Positions 9,778 through 18,663 of a stretch of 64,000 bases of DNA are shown here, one piece after another. Each line of letters starts with the position of its first letter. The stretch's first letter is position 1. Origin of the DNA: Fidelibacterota bacterium (lineage in GTDB: Bacteria; Fidelibacterota; UBA8477); assembly GCA_021734065.1 (NCBI GenBank), contig JAIPJQ010000001.1, positions 19,251 to 83,250 of the forward strand, given 5' to 3'. Under the pieces are notes generated by a model. The model was not told the DNA's origin. It did no database searches and saw only the letters and a program-made list of their open reading frames with translations. Position numbers and translations under genes: made by a program.

Positions 9778-10932
9778 TTAGACCATCAAATCTGCAGCGA
9801 TATCATCCGCCAACAAGAGTCCGGCGTCCGTCAGGCAATAATGCCCATCCTGAAAGTAGATATGCTTTTTCAACCACTTTTCCATGCGTTTTCCGTGACG
9901 TAATTCAAACGGCTCACCGAAACGCTGTTCATAATCACCGGGAGAAATCCCCTCGTTGAGTCGCAGCCGGGTGAAGATATATTCTGAAATAAGTTGATCC
10001 CCAGTCAGCGTTTCGTCCCCTTCCATGGCCGATAATCCTTTGGTTTGGCGCAGCAGATAACCATCCAGACTGCGCACATTCCACCAGCGCTGGTTTCCAA
10101 AGTAGGAATGGGCTGACGGACCAAAACTTAAGTATGCAATCTGCGTCCAGTAGTTCAGGTTGTGGCGGCATTCAAATCCGGACCTGCTGTAATTGGAGAT
10201 TTCGTAAGGAAGATAGCCATTAGCGGCAAGCATTTCGCGACCATCCAGGTACATTCCCACATCATCAATTTCCGGTAACATCTCAACCGTACGGTGTTTT
10301 ACCCAGCGATGCAGCGCCGTACCCTCTTCCACCGTAAGACTGTAGGCGGAAATGTGCTCCGGTCCCCATGCCATAACTGCTGATAAATCACTGAGCCACT
10401 GCGATTTTGACTGACCGGGGATGGCGAAAATCAGGTCTGTATTAATGTTTTCGAATCCCGCTTTCCGTGCAGCCATAAATGTCTCATGTGACTGCTCCGG
10501 AGAATGAATCCGGCTCATGAATTTCAACAACTCCGGCTGTAAACTTTGCACGCCCATACTTAAACGGTTCACCCCCAGATTCCGGAATGCCTTCAATTTC
10601 TCGAAGGGCGCTTCACCGGGATTCGCCTCCAATGTAATTTCCATACTGTCAGAAATGGCAAAACGCTTCTGAATCGCATTCAACAAAGTCTCCACCTGAT
10701 TTGGTGAGAGTAAACTCGGTGTACCGCCTCCGATGAAAATGGTGTCGAGAAAATAGTTCGATAGATCCAGCGATTCGCATTTTTGGTTGAATTCTGCTAG
10801 AATAGCCCCTACAAAAGCAGGAATAGTTTCCTCCCGCTTCGGGATAGAGTAAAAATCACAATAAACGCATTTCACCTTGCAGAAAGGAATGTGGAAGTAG
10901 AGGCTAAGCGGTGTTTTAATCTCATTGTTCAT
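9778..10932 (-). CDS. hemW: radical SAM heme chaperone HemW (HemN-like, oxygen-independent coproporphyrinogen oxidase family)
   Basis: 384 aa. Radical-SAM cluster motif PFCKVKCVYCDF, GGGTPS, and a HemN_C-like C-terminus. Confidence 0.85.
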   Translation of the reverse strand: MNNEIKTPLSLYFHIPFCKVKCVYCDFYSIPKREETIPAFVGAILAEFNQKCESLDLSNYFLDTIFIGGGTPSLLSPNQVETLLNAIQKRFAISDSMEITLEANPGEAPFEKLKAFRNLGVNRLSMGVQSLQPELLKFMSRIHSPEQSHETFMAARKAGFENINTDLIFAIPGQSKSQWLSDLSAVMAWGPEHISAYSLTVEEGTALHRWVKHRTVEMLPEIDDVGMYLDGREMLAANGYLPYEISNYSRSGFECRHNLNYWTQIAYLSFGPSAHSYFGNQRWWNVRSLDGYLLRQTKGLSAMEGDETLTGDQLISEYIFTRLRLNEGISPGDYEQRFGEPFELRHGKRMEKWLKKHIYFQDGHYCLTDAGLLLADDIAADLMV

Positions 10933-11334
10933 ATTCGGCTCAAATCATACCCGTGTAATGCAGATTCCCAAAGAAAACTTTCTTTGAAGGAAAAATCAGC
11001 AGGAAAGCGATTTTCGTTCCCGAATTTACATTTTGTACCATGCATATTTCTATTTACTAACAAATTTGTTTGATGTAAAATCAATTCATGCAACCAGAAT
11101 GGAGCCACACGGTAAGGATTCCATTTTACCAGCTTGAAAAGCCGGTCAGACGTCACTATTCCGCTACTTATATGGCTGCTTATCAGCGTGTTACAGCATT
11201 ATTCTCAAGTCTTATTTCTGCCAGGATAGTGGAAAGCAAGCCCGGCGTCGCTCCTTCAACAGGTCTGCAATAACAGCGTATATCTTAGCGGATAGAACTC
11301 CACCCAAAACAACACGGAAGATTAAGAGGATACC

Positions 11335-13281
11335 ATGAAGCCTAATGGTCGCCAGCCACAAGAGCCAGCCAATCCAACCACCAGAACAAAAGATCTGCGA
11401 GTTACGCGACGATTCCTGGGACCCGTTCAGGACCTGGAAGCACATGTTCGTCCCGATTGGTGGCGTACGATTTTTAATTCACTCTACCTGAAAACGGATG
11501 CTGATGTAGTAGAAGATCAGGCGATTACCTCCACGGAAATTGATCAGATCTTACAAATTCTACAACCCAACACAGATGCACGAATCCTTGATTTGGCTTG
11601 TGGTCAGGGGCGTCACGCGCTTGAGATGGCCAGGCGGGGATTTACAGGCATCGAGGGAATGGATCGCTCCCACTACCTTATCCAGCGGGCCAGGTCCATT
11701 GCGAAAAAAGAAAATCTTAGAATCAAATTTCGTGAAGGTGATGCCAGGAAAATTGTATGGCCGGCTGATACAATGGATTTGCTCCTCATTCTGGGAAACA
11801 GCTTTGGATATTTCGAAACAGCCCACGAGGATTTGAAGCTTTTGCAGGAAGTATTCCGGGTGCTAAAACCCTGGGGTAAAGTTTTGGTTGATGTGACCAA
11901 TGGACAATTTTTACGGGACAATTACCAACCCCGTTCCTGGGAATGGATTGACAAAAATTATTTTGTGTGTCGGGAGCGTTCGCTGTCGCGTGACAATGAT
12001 CGATTGATCTCACGAGAAGTAATCACGCATGTTGAACGCGGGGTCATTGAGGATCGTTTTTATGCCGAGCGCTTGTATACCGAGGAAAGTCTCACCGCGT
12101 TATTCAACGCTGCGGGATTCAGCGATATTGTTTTCCATGGCGAGATTATTCCAAATAGTCAACGAAATCAGGACCTTGGGATGATGGCATCACGCTACAT
12201 TGTGACGGCAGTCGTGCGGAAAGAATGGACGCCCATAAGCAAAAAGCCCCATCCCTCCACCCGCTCGATCATCACATTATTGGGCGATCCCCGTAAACCT
12301 GATATTATAAAACCGGAAGCCGTATTCGATGATGACGACATCTATACAGTGGATCAATTGAAAGCGGTGTTAAAACGTCTGCCGCAATATCATGTACAAT
12401 ACCTGCATAATCATGACGATCTGATTCAGGATCTATTACAGCGGAAAGGTAAAGTAGATCTGGTCTTCAATCTTTGCGACGAGGGCTTTGGAAATGATGC
12501 CCGGCATGAATTGCATATCCCGGCGTTGTTGGAAATGTTGAGTATCCCCTATTCCGGATCCGGTCCACAGTGTCTGGCCTATTGCTACGACAAATCATTG
12601 GTGCGAGGTATTGCACAAGAAATGGATATTGCGGTACCGGGCGCTTTCTTTATCAAACCGGAAGACACATCGTTTGAACTACCTTTTTCATTTCCGGTAT
12701 TGGTAAAACCCAATTTTGGTGATTCCAGTCTGGGTATTACGCAACACAGTTTTGCCAAAACACTTGAAGAATTGGTGAACGCAATTTCTACCATTCGAAA
12801 TCAAGTGGGTTATGACAAACCGGTTTTAGTTGAAAAATTCCTTCCGGGTAAAGATATCAGCCTGGGAATTATTGGCAATCCGCCCAATGCCTGCACGATT
12901 CTACCTATTATTGAAGAAGATTACAGTAAACTGCCAAAAGAGTTGCCCCGAATATGTGGATATGAGGCAAAATGGTTGCCGGAATCCCCCTACGGAAGCA
13001 TCACTTCAATTCCGGCTGAGATACCAGAATCAACCCGGAAACTTTTAGAGGAGAGTTCGCTGAAATTATTCGAACGCCTGGAGTGCCGCGATTATGCTCG
13101 TTTTGACTGGCGTTTGGATGAGCTGGGAGAGCCAAAATTACTGGAAGTTAATCCAAATCCGGGCTGGTGTTGGGATGGGCACCTGGCGAAGATGGCTGGT
13201 TTGGCGGGATTTACATACCAGGAGATGATTGCGTCGATTTTAGCGGCAGCGGAACAGCGATTGAATCTGAACCGAGGGTAG
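11335..13281 (+). CDS. fusion protein: class I SAM-dependent methyltransferase (N) + D-Ala-D-Ala-ligase-like ATP-grasp (C)
   Basis: Single 648-aa ORF. The N-half has SAM motif I (ILDLACGQGRHALEMARRG) and post-I/II motifs (EGDARKI, LLILGNSFGYF, VLKPWGKVLV). The C-half has DLVFNLCDEGFGNDARHELHIPALLEMLSIPYSGSG, CYDKSLVRGIA, VLVKPNFGDSSLGI, VLVEKFLPGKDISLG and LLEVNPNPGW, which fit a Ddl-type ATP-grasp layout. AAGAGGA lies 5 nt upstream of the ATG. Confidence 0.75.
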   Translation: MKPNGRQPQEPANPTTRTKDLRVTRRFLGPVQDLEAHVRPDWWRTIFNSLYLKTDADVVEDQAITSTEIDQILQILQPNTDARILDLACGQGRHALEMARRGFTGIEGMDRSHYLIQRARSIAKKENLRIKFREGDARKIVWPADTMDLLLILGNSFGYFETAHEDLKLLQEVFRVLKPWGKVLVDVTNGQFLRDNYQPRSWEWIDKNYFVCRERSLSRDNDRLISREVITHVERGVIEDRFYAERLYTEESLTALFNAAGFSDIVFHGEIIPNSQRNQDLGMMASRYIVTAVVRKEWTPISKKPHPSTRSIITLLGDPRKPDIIKPEAVFDDDDIYTVDQLKAVLKRLPQYHVQYLHNHDDLIQDLLQRKGKVDLVFNLCDEGFGNDARHELHIPALLEMLSIPYSGSGPQCLAYCYDKSLVRGIAQEMDIAVPGAFFIKPEDTSFELPFSFPVLVKPNFGDSSLGITQHSFAKTLEELVNAISTIRNQVGYDKPVLVEKFLPGKDISLGIIGNPPNACTILPIIEEDYSKLPKELPRICGYEAKWLPESPYGSITSIPAEIPESTRKLLEESSLKLFERLECRDYARFDWRLDELGEPKLLEVNPNPGWCWDGHLAKMAGLAGFTYQEMIASILAAAEQRLNLNRG

Positions 13282-13284
13282 TTC

Positions 13285-13884
13285 TCAGGAGGTTTCCAGT
13301 TTTTTCCGGATGGCGCGTAATTCCAACAGAATTTCCTGCATGATACCATCATTCTGTGGAGGTGCTGGTCCTTGATCGCCAGGTGCTTGTTTCGAACGAT
13401 GATACGCCTTTACACGGACGCGTAGATCATCCAGCAGATTCTGCCAGTCAGTGAGGCCACTTAATTTTCCTTCGTATCCGGTAGCAGCTTGCGATTGACC
13501 AGCGGTCTGAATCCGCAAAGCACCAATCCCCAATATCCGGTCGTACAATGTGCGCTGTAGCTGGAAATCGGTGATGGCGCGGTATGGAATATTCTGCTGA
13601 ATCTTGGTAATGATACCCTTGTGGATTGTTATGCGATCTTCTTCGATGAAATATCTGAGGTTACGAATCCATAGTAACATGATGGGCAGGCTCAGCAACC
13701 ACATCAGAACAATCGTAAAAGCCGACCAACCCCAGATGTAATTTCTGGCTAAATCCGATTTCACCTCCGGGATGAGTGGAACGGTGAAATGCAGAAAGAT
13801 TGCAATTAACAATAAAATCCCCGTGAGCGTCCATAAAATATAGTAACCCTTGGTTTTTAATCGTCTGTCGGGTTGAATTTCCAT
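13285..13884 (-). CDS. membrane protein with bacterial PH domain (bPH_2/YdbT-like)
   Basis: Two TM helices (YYILWTLTGILLLIAIFLHF, AFTIVLMWLLSLPIMLLWI) precede ITIHKGIITKIQQNIPYRAITDFQLQRTLYDRILGIGALRIQTAG, the bPH_2 pattern. The ATG at 13884 has an AAGGGGGA RBS. The 58 codons upstream in the track ORF look non-coding. Confidence 0.7.
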   Translation of the reverse strand: MEIQPDRRLKTKGYYILWTLTGILLLIAIFLHFTVPLIPEVKSDLARNYIWGWSAFTIVLMWLLSLPIMLLWIRNLRYFIEEDRITIHKGIITKIQQNIPYRAITDFQLQRTLYDRILGIGALRIQTAGQSQAATGYEGKLSGLTDWQNLLDDLRVRVKAYHRSKQAPGDQGPAPPQNDGIMQEILLELRAIRKKLETS

Positions 13885-14201
13885 CAGATTCCCCCTTTTT
13901 GTCTTCCGGTTGGATGAATTTAGGTCTTCGATTTCCAAACACAAACCTTTACAGCTGAATCCCCGGGTCTTTTGTTCACTTAATTGGTCACAAGCTGCGC
14001 TCGTGAACATACTTTTTTTGTTGCGTAAATGCAAATAAAACAACCTTGTTTTTACCACATTATTCTATTAGGTTGCTGCTCATCTTTTTATCACACAATT
14101 AGCGGGGGTAGTGATTCGAGCGCTGTATGGCGCCGATGACCATGGTTTCTTCGAATAATAAACCCTAGATACAATCGGGGTTTTAACGAGGGAGAAAACT
14201 T

Positions 14202-16769
14202 ATGAAACAGGTGCATCGAAGGCCGGGCATTCACATTGTCCTGCTGCTATCCGTGGGCGTCACGCTGCTCTGTGCTCAGGTAAACTGGGAATCCATCGGT
14301 CCTGGTGGTGGGAGTGACCTCCACTTTTTGGCTGTGGATCCAACCAATGCTGACATCATCTATACGGCTGGTGATATTGAGGGCATTTTTAAGTCAACCG
14401 ACGGTGGTGCGTCCTGGGTTAGTATTAATGACAATTTAGCCCAATCTCATTACGGTGCTGATGCCTATTGGGTAAATGATATCGTGATAAATCCTGTGAA
14501 CCATGAGTCCGTTTACATTGCAACTTCTGTTGGGTTATTCCAGAGTTTGACGGCTGGCGGAAACTGGGAATTGTTGTACCCCACGGTAATAGAAGATGAG
14601 GAGGACCCCAGAGTAGTGGGTACGGTGGCTATTGACCCGGCGGATGATCAGGTTATCTACACGGGTTTGGGGAATTCCGCCGTGGGCTCGTGGGCTGATT
14701 TTGAGCCATTTTCGAATGATCTGGACTTTTCAGGTGTGTTCAAAAGTACCAACGGCGGTGTTTCCTGGACAGAGTGCCCAGTTGGTTTTCCATCCGGAAC
14801 AGCTGTTCACAGCATCGTTATCCACCCTAATTCGCCAAGTTATGTGATATTGGCCAGCACGAACGGCATATTCCGCAGCACAAATGCTGGTGATACCTGG
14901 ATGGCTGCTAATACAGATCTGCCTCACACCAATGCCTATCAGATGATTGGGGTTTTAGATGGCAGCACTTTCCATTTATACCTTTCACTGAAAACACTGG
15001 GGACAATCGGTGATTCCACCAGCTTCTCAGGCGGATTGTACCACAGTACGGATTTTGGAGAAAACTGGACAGATATTACGGGAAATTTACCGACCTACGA
15101 TTCCTATGAAGGTATTTTCTATGATTACTGGAAATTTGATGTGAACCCATTGGATCCCGCCATCATTTTAACGGGCCCCACCCGGGGAAGTGGTTTCGAA
15201 GCGCCCGGGATTTACAAAACAACGAATGGTGGTTCAACCTGGACGATGGTGCACACGGCCTTTACATCTGGCTGGCTGGATCCGGATTGGTTCTGGGAAC
15301 GCTACATTTATGGAATCAAATTCGCCCCAACCGATACAAGCAGGATTACCACTTGCCTGGATCAGGTTGACCAGAGCAATGATGGTGGCATGACTTGGTC
15401 CCAAAAATACACCTATGCCCAAAATAGCGCCTGGCATGGCGAGGGGCTGGAACTGATGAATACAGAGGTTGTGGCTTTTGACCCGGATGATCCTGACATC
15501 ATGTATGTAGGTTATGACGATATGGGACTGTTCCGTTCTGACGACGGTGGCTACTCTTATTATCGATTGGATTCTCATCAGGATCCAACAATCGGCAATC
15601 TTACGGATATAGATGCAGTGAAGGACATCCAGATTGATCCGGTGAACGGTGAGGCGTATATCAGCCGTTATCAAGGCTCTCAGGGTGGTTTGAACCAGGA
15701 TTTCTCAAGCGGTGGAATCGTTTTCAGTAACGACCATGGCAACACTCAGACTGATATTACCGGGTCGCTGCCGCGCGGTCGTAGTGATTTGGTTTTAGAT
15801 GGTCAATCCGGATCACCGGGAAACCGAACACTTTATACAGCGATTTACCACCACGGTGTTTACAAATCCACCAATAGTGGTGGCAGCTGGGACCCAATTA
15901 ACACCGGGCTGGGGACAAACACCGCCTATGCGTGGGAAATTGCTATTGATCCCAATGACTCTCAGACGCTCTACCTGGGTCTTAACAGCATGGGTGCGGA
16001 AATTCCAGGGTTGTACAAATCCAGTGATGGTGGTGCTGGTTGGAATTTGCTGACAACCTTCCCGGCAGGTGATGTACTCACGGTTTACATTGATGGTAAT
16101 AGCACCGTCTATGCGGCAATCAGTGATAATTTTGATTGGAATTATACCGGTGGACTCTATCGCTCGAATGATGATGGCGCTTCCTGGGAACTGATCTTGC
16201 CGCATTCCCGGGTTATTGATGTGCAACGGCATCCAACTGACGAGGATATTCTGCTGGTGGCTGGCCAACCGTGGTACCGGGCTGGCGGTGATGGAGGACG
16301 ACTCTATCTCAGTACAGATAATGGAACGACTTGGGATATTATCTCAGCAGGGATGGGGCATACATTTTTTAATTTTGCCCGATTTAATTCCCACAATCCT
16401 GATCAGATCCTGGCAGGCACCGCCGGGGGAGGCTTGTGGCGAGGGAGCCTTTTACCCACCAATACTGTCCCTTCGGAAACCGCTGTCCCCGCATCGATAA
16501 TTCTGGAGCAGAATTACCCCAACCCGTTTAACCCCACCACCACGATTTCGTACCACCTACCGGAGCCTGGTTTTGTAACATTAGCAATCTATCGTTTGGA
16601 TGGAACGCTTGTAAAATCTCTGATCGCTGGCTGGCAGGATAAAGGAAGTTTTTCCGCACGATGGAATGGCACCGATAACGCGGGGAAAAAAGTGAGTAGC
16701 GCTGTGTACCTTTACCGTCTGGAAACGCCAAATCACCAACTGGTTCGAAAGCTTATTCTTCTGAAATAG
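14202..16769 (+). CDS. secreted BNR/Asp-box repeat double-propeller protein (sortilin/GH74-like) with T9SS C-terminal sorting domain
   Basis: 855 aa with a signal peptide (IVLLLSVGVTLLCAQ). I count 11 Asp-boxes: STDGGASW, STNGGVSW, STNAGDTW, STDFGENW, TTNGGSTW, SNDGGMTW, SDDGGYSY, STNSGGSW, SSDGGAGW, SNDDGASW and STDNGTTW. The C-terminus LEQNYPNPFNPTTTISY...SAVYLYRLE is a type-A T9SS CTD. Confidence 0.8.
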   Translation: MKQVHRRPGIHIVLLLSVGVTLLCAQVNWESIGPGGGSDLHFLAVDPTNADIIYTAGDIEGIFKSTDGGASWVSINDNLAQSHYGADAYWVNDIVINPVNHESVYIATSVGLFQSLTAGGNWELLYPTVIEDEEDPRVVGTVAIDPADDQVIYTGLGNSAVGSWADFEPFSNDLDFSGVFKSTNGGVSWTECPVGFPSGTAVHSIVIHPNSPSYVILASTNGIFRSTNAGDTWMAANTDLPHTNAYQMIGVLDGSTFHLYLSLKTLGTIGDSTSFSGGLYHSTDFGENWTDITGNLPTYDSYEGIFYDYWKFDVNPLDPAIILTGPTRGSGFEAPGIYKTTNGGSTWTMVHTAFTSGWLDPDWFWERYIYGIKFAPTDTSRITTCLDQVDQSNDGGMTWSQKYTYAQNSAWHGEGLELMNTEVVAFDPDDPDIMYVGYDDMGLFRSDDGGYSYYRLDSHQDPTIGNLTDIDAVKDIQIDPVNGEAYISRYQGSQGGLNQDFSSGGIVFSNDHGNTQTDITGSLPRGRSDLVLDGQSGSPGNRTLYTAIYHHGVYKSTNSGGSWDPINTGLGTNTAYAWEIAIDPNDSQTLYLGLNSMGAEIPGLYKSSDGGAGWNLLTTFPAGDVLTVYIDGNSTVYAAISDNFDWNYTGGLYRSNDDGASWELILPHSRVIDVQRHPTDEDILLVAGQPWYRAGGDGGRLYLSTDNGTTWDIISAGMGHTFFNFARFNSHNPDQILAGTAGGGLWRGSLLPTNTVPSETAVPASIILEQNYPNPFNPTTTISYHLPEPGFVTLAIYRLDGTLVKSLIAGWQDKGSFSARWNGTDNAGKKVSSAVYLYRLETPNHQLVRKLILLK
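16503..16766 (+). other. T9SS type-A C-terminal sorting domain (domain of 14202-16769)
   Basis: The last ~88 aa read ILEQNYPNPFNPTTTISYHLPEPGFVTLAIYRLDGTLVKSL...VSSAVYLYRLETPNHQLVRKLILLK. Confidence 0.75.
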
Positions 16770-16795
16770 ATTCCAAAATATTCCGCGTACACATC

Positions 16796-16827
16796 AAAAA
16801 AACCCCGGGCATTAAACCCGGGGTTTT
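16796..16827. terminator. bidirectional intrinsic terminator between the BNR gene and icd
   Basis: AAAAAAA-CCCCGGG-cattaaa-CCCGGGG-TTTT. It has a perfect 7-bp GC stem flanked by an A-run and a T-run, and sits between convergent stops at 16769 and 16854. Confidence 0.75.
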
Positions 16828-16853
16828 GTGAATCTGCGTTTTCGTGTTAGAAT

Positions 16854-18245
16854 TTACATGTTCTCAATCAGGGCAGTCCCAAATTCAGAACATTTAACTT
16901 CAGTCGCACCCTCCATTAAGCGGGCAAAGTCATAGGTAACGACTTTGCTGGCAATAGTCTTAGACATGGAGGCCAGGATCATATCTGCGGCTTCTGTCCA
17001 GCGCAGGTGCTGCAACATGAGCACACCGGAGAGTATTACCGACCCCGGATTGACTTTATCCAGATTGGCATATTTCGGTGCGGTGCCATGGGTTGCTTCG
17101 AAAATGGCGTGACCACTTATGTAGTTAATGTTGGCACCGGGTGCGATACCAATTCCACCAACCTGGGCCGCCAGTGCATCAGAGATATAATCACCGTTCA
17201 GATTCAATGTGGCAATCACCTCGAACTCACGGGCGCGAGTCAACACCTGCTGCAGCGTAATGTCCGCAATCGAGTCCTTGATCATGAGTTTGTTCTTCCA
17301 CTGACCATTGCCGTGTGTAGGCATTAAAGTCAATGTAGCCGCCACTTCATCGCGAATTTCAGCCTGTTTGTCGGGCGCCATCATGTCATAACCGGGATCA
17401 ATTTTACGGGCATTTTCTTCCACAGACAATTCGGAGTTACGGTCCTGATTATCAATAATCCATGATTCCCGCTGGGTGACGACCTGGTCACGATAATCAC
17501 GGACGGCCACATCATATCCCCAGCTCTTGAAGGCACCTTCAGTGAACTTCATGATGTTCCCTTTATGAACCAGATTAACCGATTCCCGCCCATTGAGCAG
17601 TGCATATTCAATGGCGGCTTTCACCAGGCGTTCCGTTCCCTCTTTGGAAACCGGTTTAATACCAATGCCGCTGGTTTTGGGGAAACGGATGTTTTTCACG
17701 CCCATTTCATTCTGAAGAAAATCGACAACTTTTTCTACTTCGGGACTGCCTTCAGCCCATTCGATACCGGCGTAAATATCTTCCGTGTTTTCCCGGAAAA
17801 TCACCATATCCACATCTTCAGGTTTGACTACGGGTGAAGGAACACCGTCAAAATAGCGTACAGGCCGTAGACAAACATATAAATCGAGAATTTGTCGCAA
17901 GGCTACATTCAGCGAGCGAATGCCGCCACCGATGGGCGTCGTCAGCGGCCCTTTGATTCCCACCAGATATTCCTTGAAGGCATTAACGGTATCATCCGGC
18001 AGCCATTCTCCGTATTTTTTGAATGCTTTTTCGCCGGCATATACTTCAAACCACTGGATTTTTCGCTCACCGCCGTAGGCTTTTTCTACCGCAGCATCCA
18101 AAACACGCTGGGCAGCGCGCCAAATATCCGGACCCGTGCCATCACCTTCGATGAACGGGAGTATCGGTTCATTGGGAACCGTAATTTCACCATCCTTGTA
18201 GGTGATTTTCTCGCCCGCTGTTGGTGTTTGTAAATGTTTAAACAT
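16854..18245 (-). CDS. icd: NADP-dependent isocitrate dehydrogenase (homodimeric type)
   Basis: 463 aa. Motifs [43 protein letters not shown], and a C-terminus [29 protein letters not shown] nearly collinear with enterobacterial Icd. Confidence 0.92.
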   Translation of the reverse strand: MFKHLQTPTAGEKITYKDGEITVPNEPILPFIEGDGTGPDIWRAAQRVLDAAVEKAYGGERKIQWFEVYAGEKAFKKYGEWLPDDTVNAFKEYLVGIKGPLTTPIGGGIRSLNVALRQILDLYVCLRPVRYFDGVPSPVVKPEDVDMVIFRENTEDIYAGIEWAEGSPEVEKVVDFLQNEMGVKNIRFPKTSGIGIKPVSKEGTERLVKAAIEYALLNGRESVNLVHKGNIMKFTEGAFKSWGYDVAVRDYRDQVVTQRESWIIDNQDRNSELSVEENARKIDPGYDMMAPDKQAEIRDEVAATLTLMPTHGNGQWKNKLMIKDSIADITLQQVLTRAREFEVIATLNLNGDYISDALAAQVGGIGIAPGANINYISGHAIFEATHGTAPKYANLDKVNPGSVILSGVLMLQHLRWTEAADMILASMSKTIASKVVTYDFARLMEGATEVKCSEFGTALIENM

Positions 18246-18281
18246 GAGACTTCCCCTTTTCCAATCGCTTCTGTTCTATGG

Positions 18282-18617
18282 TTATTTCTTTTTTTCTGAT
18301 GTTTTGCTGCTTCCGGAATCAATCTGGTTACTGCTTGATTTTTCGGCAGCAGGCTTGGATTCCTTTGCCGGTTTTTCTCCATTACTGTTACTCCCGGCAC
18401 CAGAGCTGCTCTTTTTCGAGTAATCGGTGATATAAAATCCGGAACCTTTAAATATTAATCCGGTACCGCCACTCAATAGTCGCCGGACTTCGCCCCGGCC
18501 CCACTCTTTCTCCTCACAAATCCCAGTCGGGCAGATGGTCAGCGGGTTATCAGTCATTCGCTGAAATACTTCAAATCGCCGACCACACTTTTTGCATTCA
18601 TAATCATACGTGGGCAT
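18282..18617 (-). CDS. FmdB-family zinc-ribbon protein with Ser/Lys-rich tail
   Basis: 111 aa. MPTYDYECKKCGRRFEVFQRMTD...LTICPTGIC is the FmdB/CxxC-CxxC pattern. Confidence 0.8.
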   Translation of the reverse strand: MPTYDYECKKCGRRFEVFQRMTDNPLTICPTGICEEKEWGRGEVRRLLSGGTGLIFKGSGFYITDYSKKSSSGAGSNSNGEKPAKESKPAAEKSSSNQIDSGSSKTSEKKK

Positions 18618-18663
18618 TTATTCAGTATCCTCCAACTGCTTTACAATCCATTTTAACAAATAC

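Noticed and set aside
11059-11070. Perfect 12-bp palindrome AACAAATTTGTT in the hemW/fusion-gene intergenic region.
   Set aside because: For a random 64 kb sequence roughly 15 perfect 12-bp palindromes are expected (4^-6 per position), and more in AT-rich spacers. There is no second copy or partner site.
11221-11270. The minus-strand segment GAAGGAGCGACGCCGGGCU vaguely recalls the SAH-riboswitch core (GAGGAGCGCUGC...).
   Set aside because: Only a short partial match from memory. I found no pseudoknot partner or conserved downstream half. The gene context (hemW) is not one regulated by SAH riboswitches.
13885-14058. N-terminal extensions of track ORFs. The regions are 13885-14058, 50741-50827, 60121-60180, 58830-58907, 41901-41942, 44858-44875, 46160-46210, 33143-33163 and 8143-8157.
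   Set aside because: In each case an internal ATG has a good RBS and yields a proper signal peptide or family-typical N-terminus. The extension overlaps the upstream gene or translates to non-protein-like sequence.
14102-14170. tRNA-like look: GCGGGGGTAG... at the 5' end and a GGTTT-cTTCGAATaat-AAACC element resembling a T-arm.
   Set aside because: No 3' segment is complementary to GCGGGGG (no acceptor stem). The T-loop would be 11 nt rather than 7, and no 5-bp/7-nt anticodon arm can be drawn. It is most likely just the 5' region of the BNR gene.
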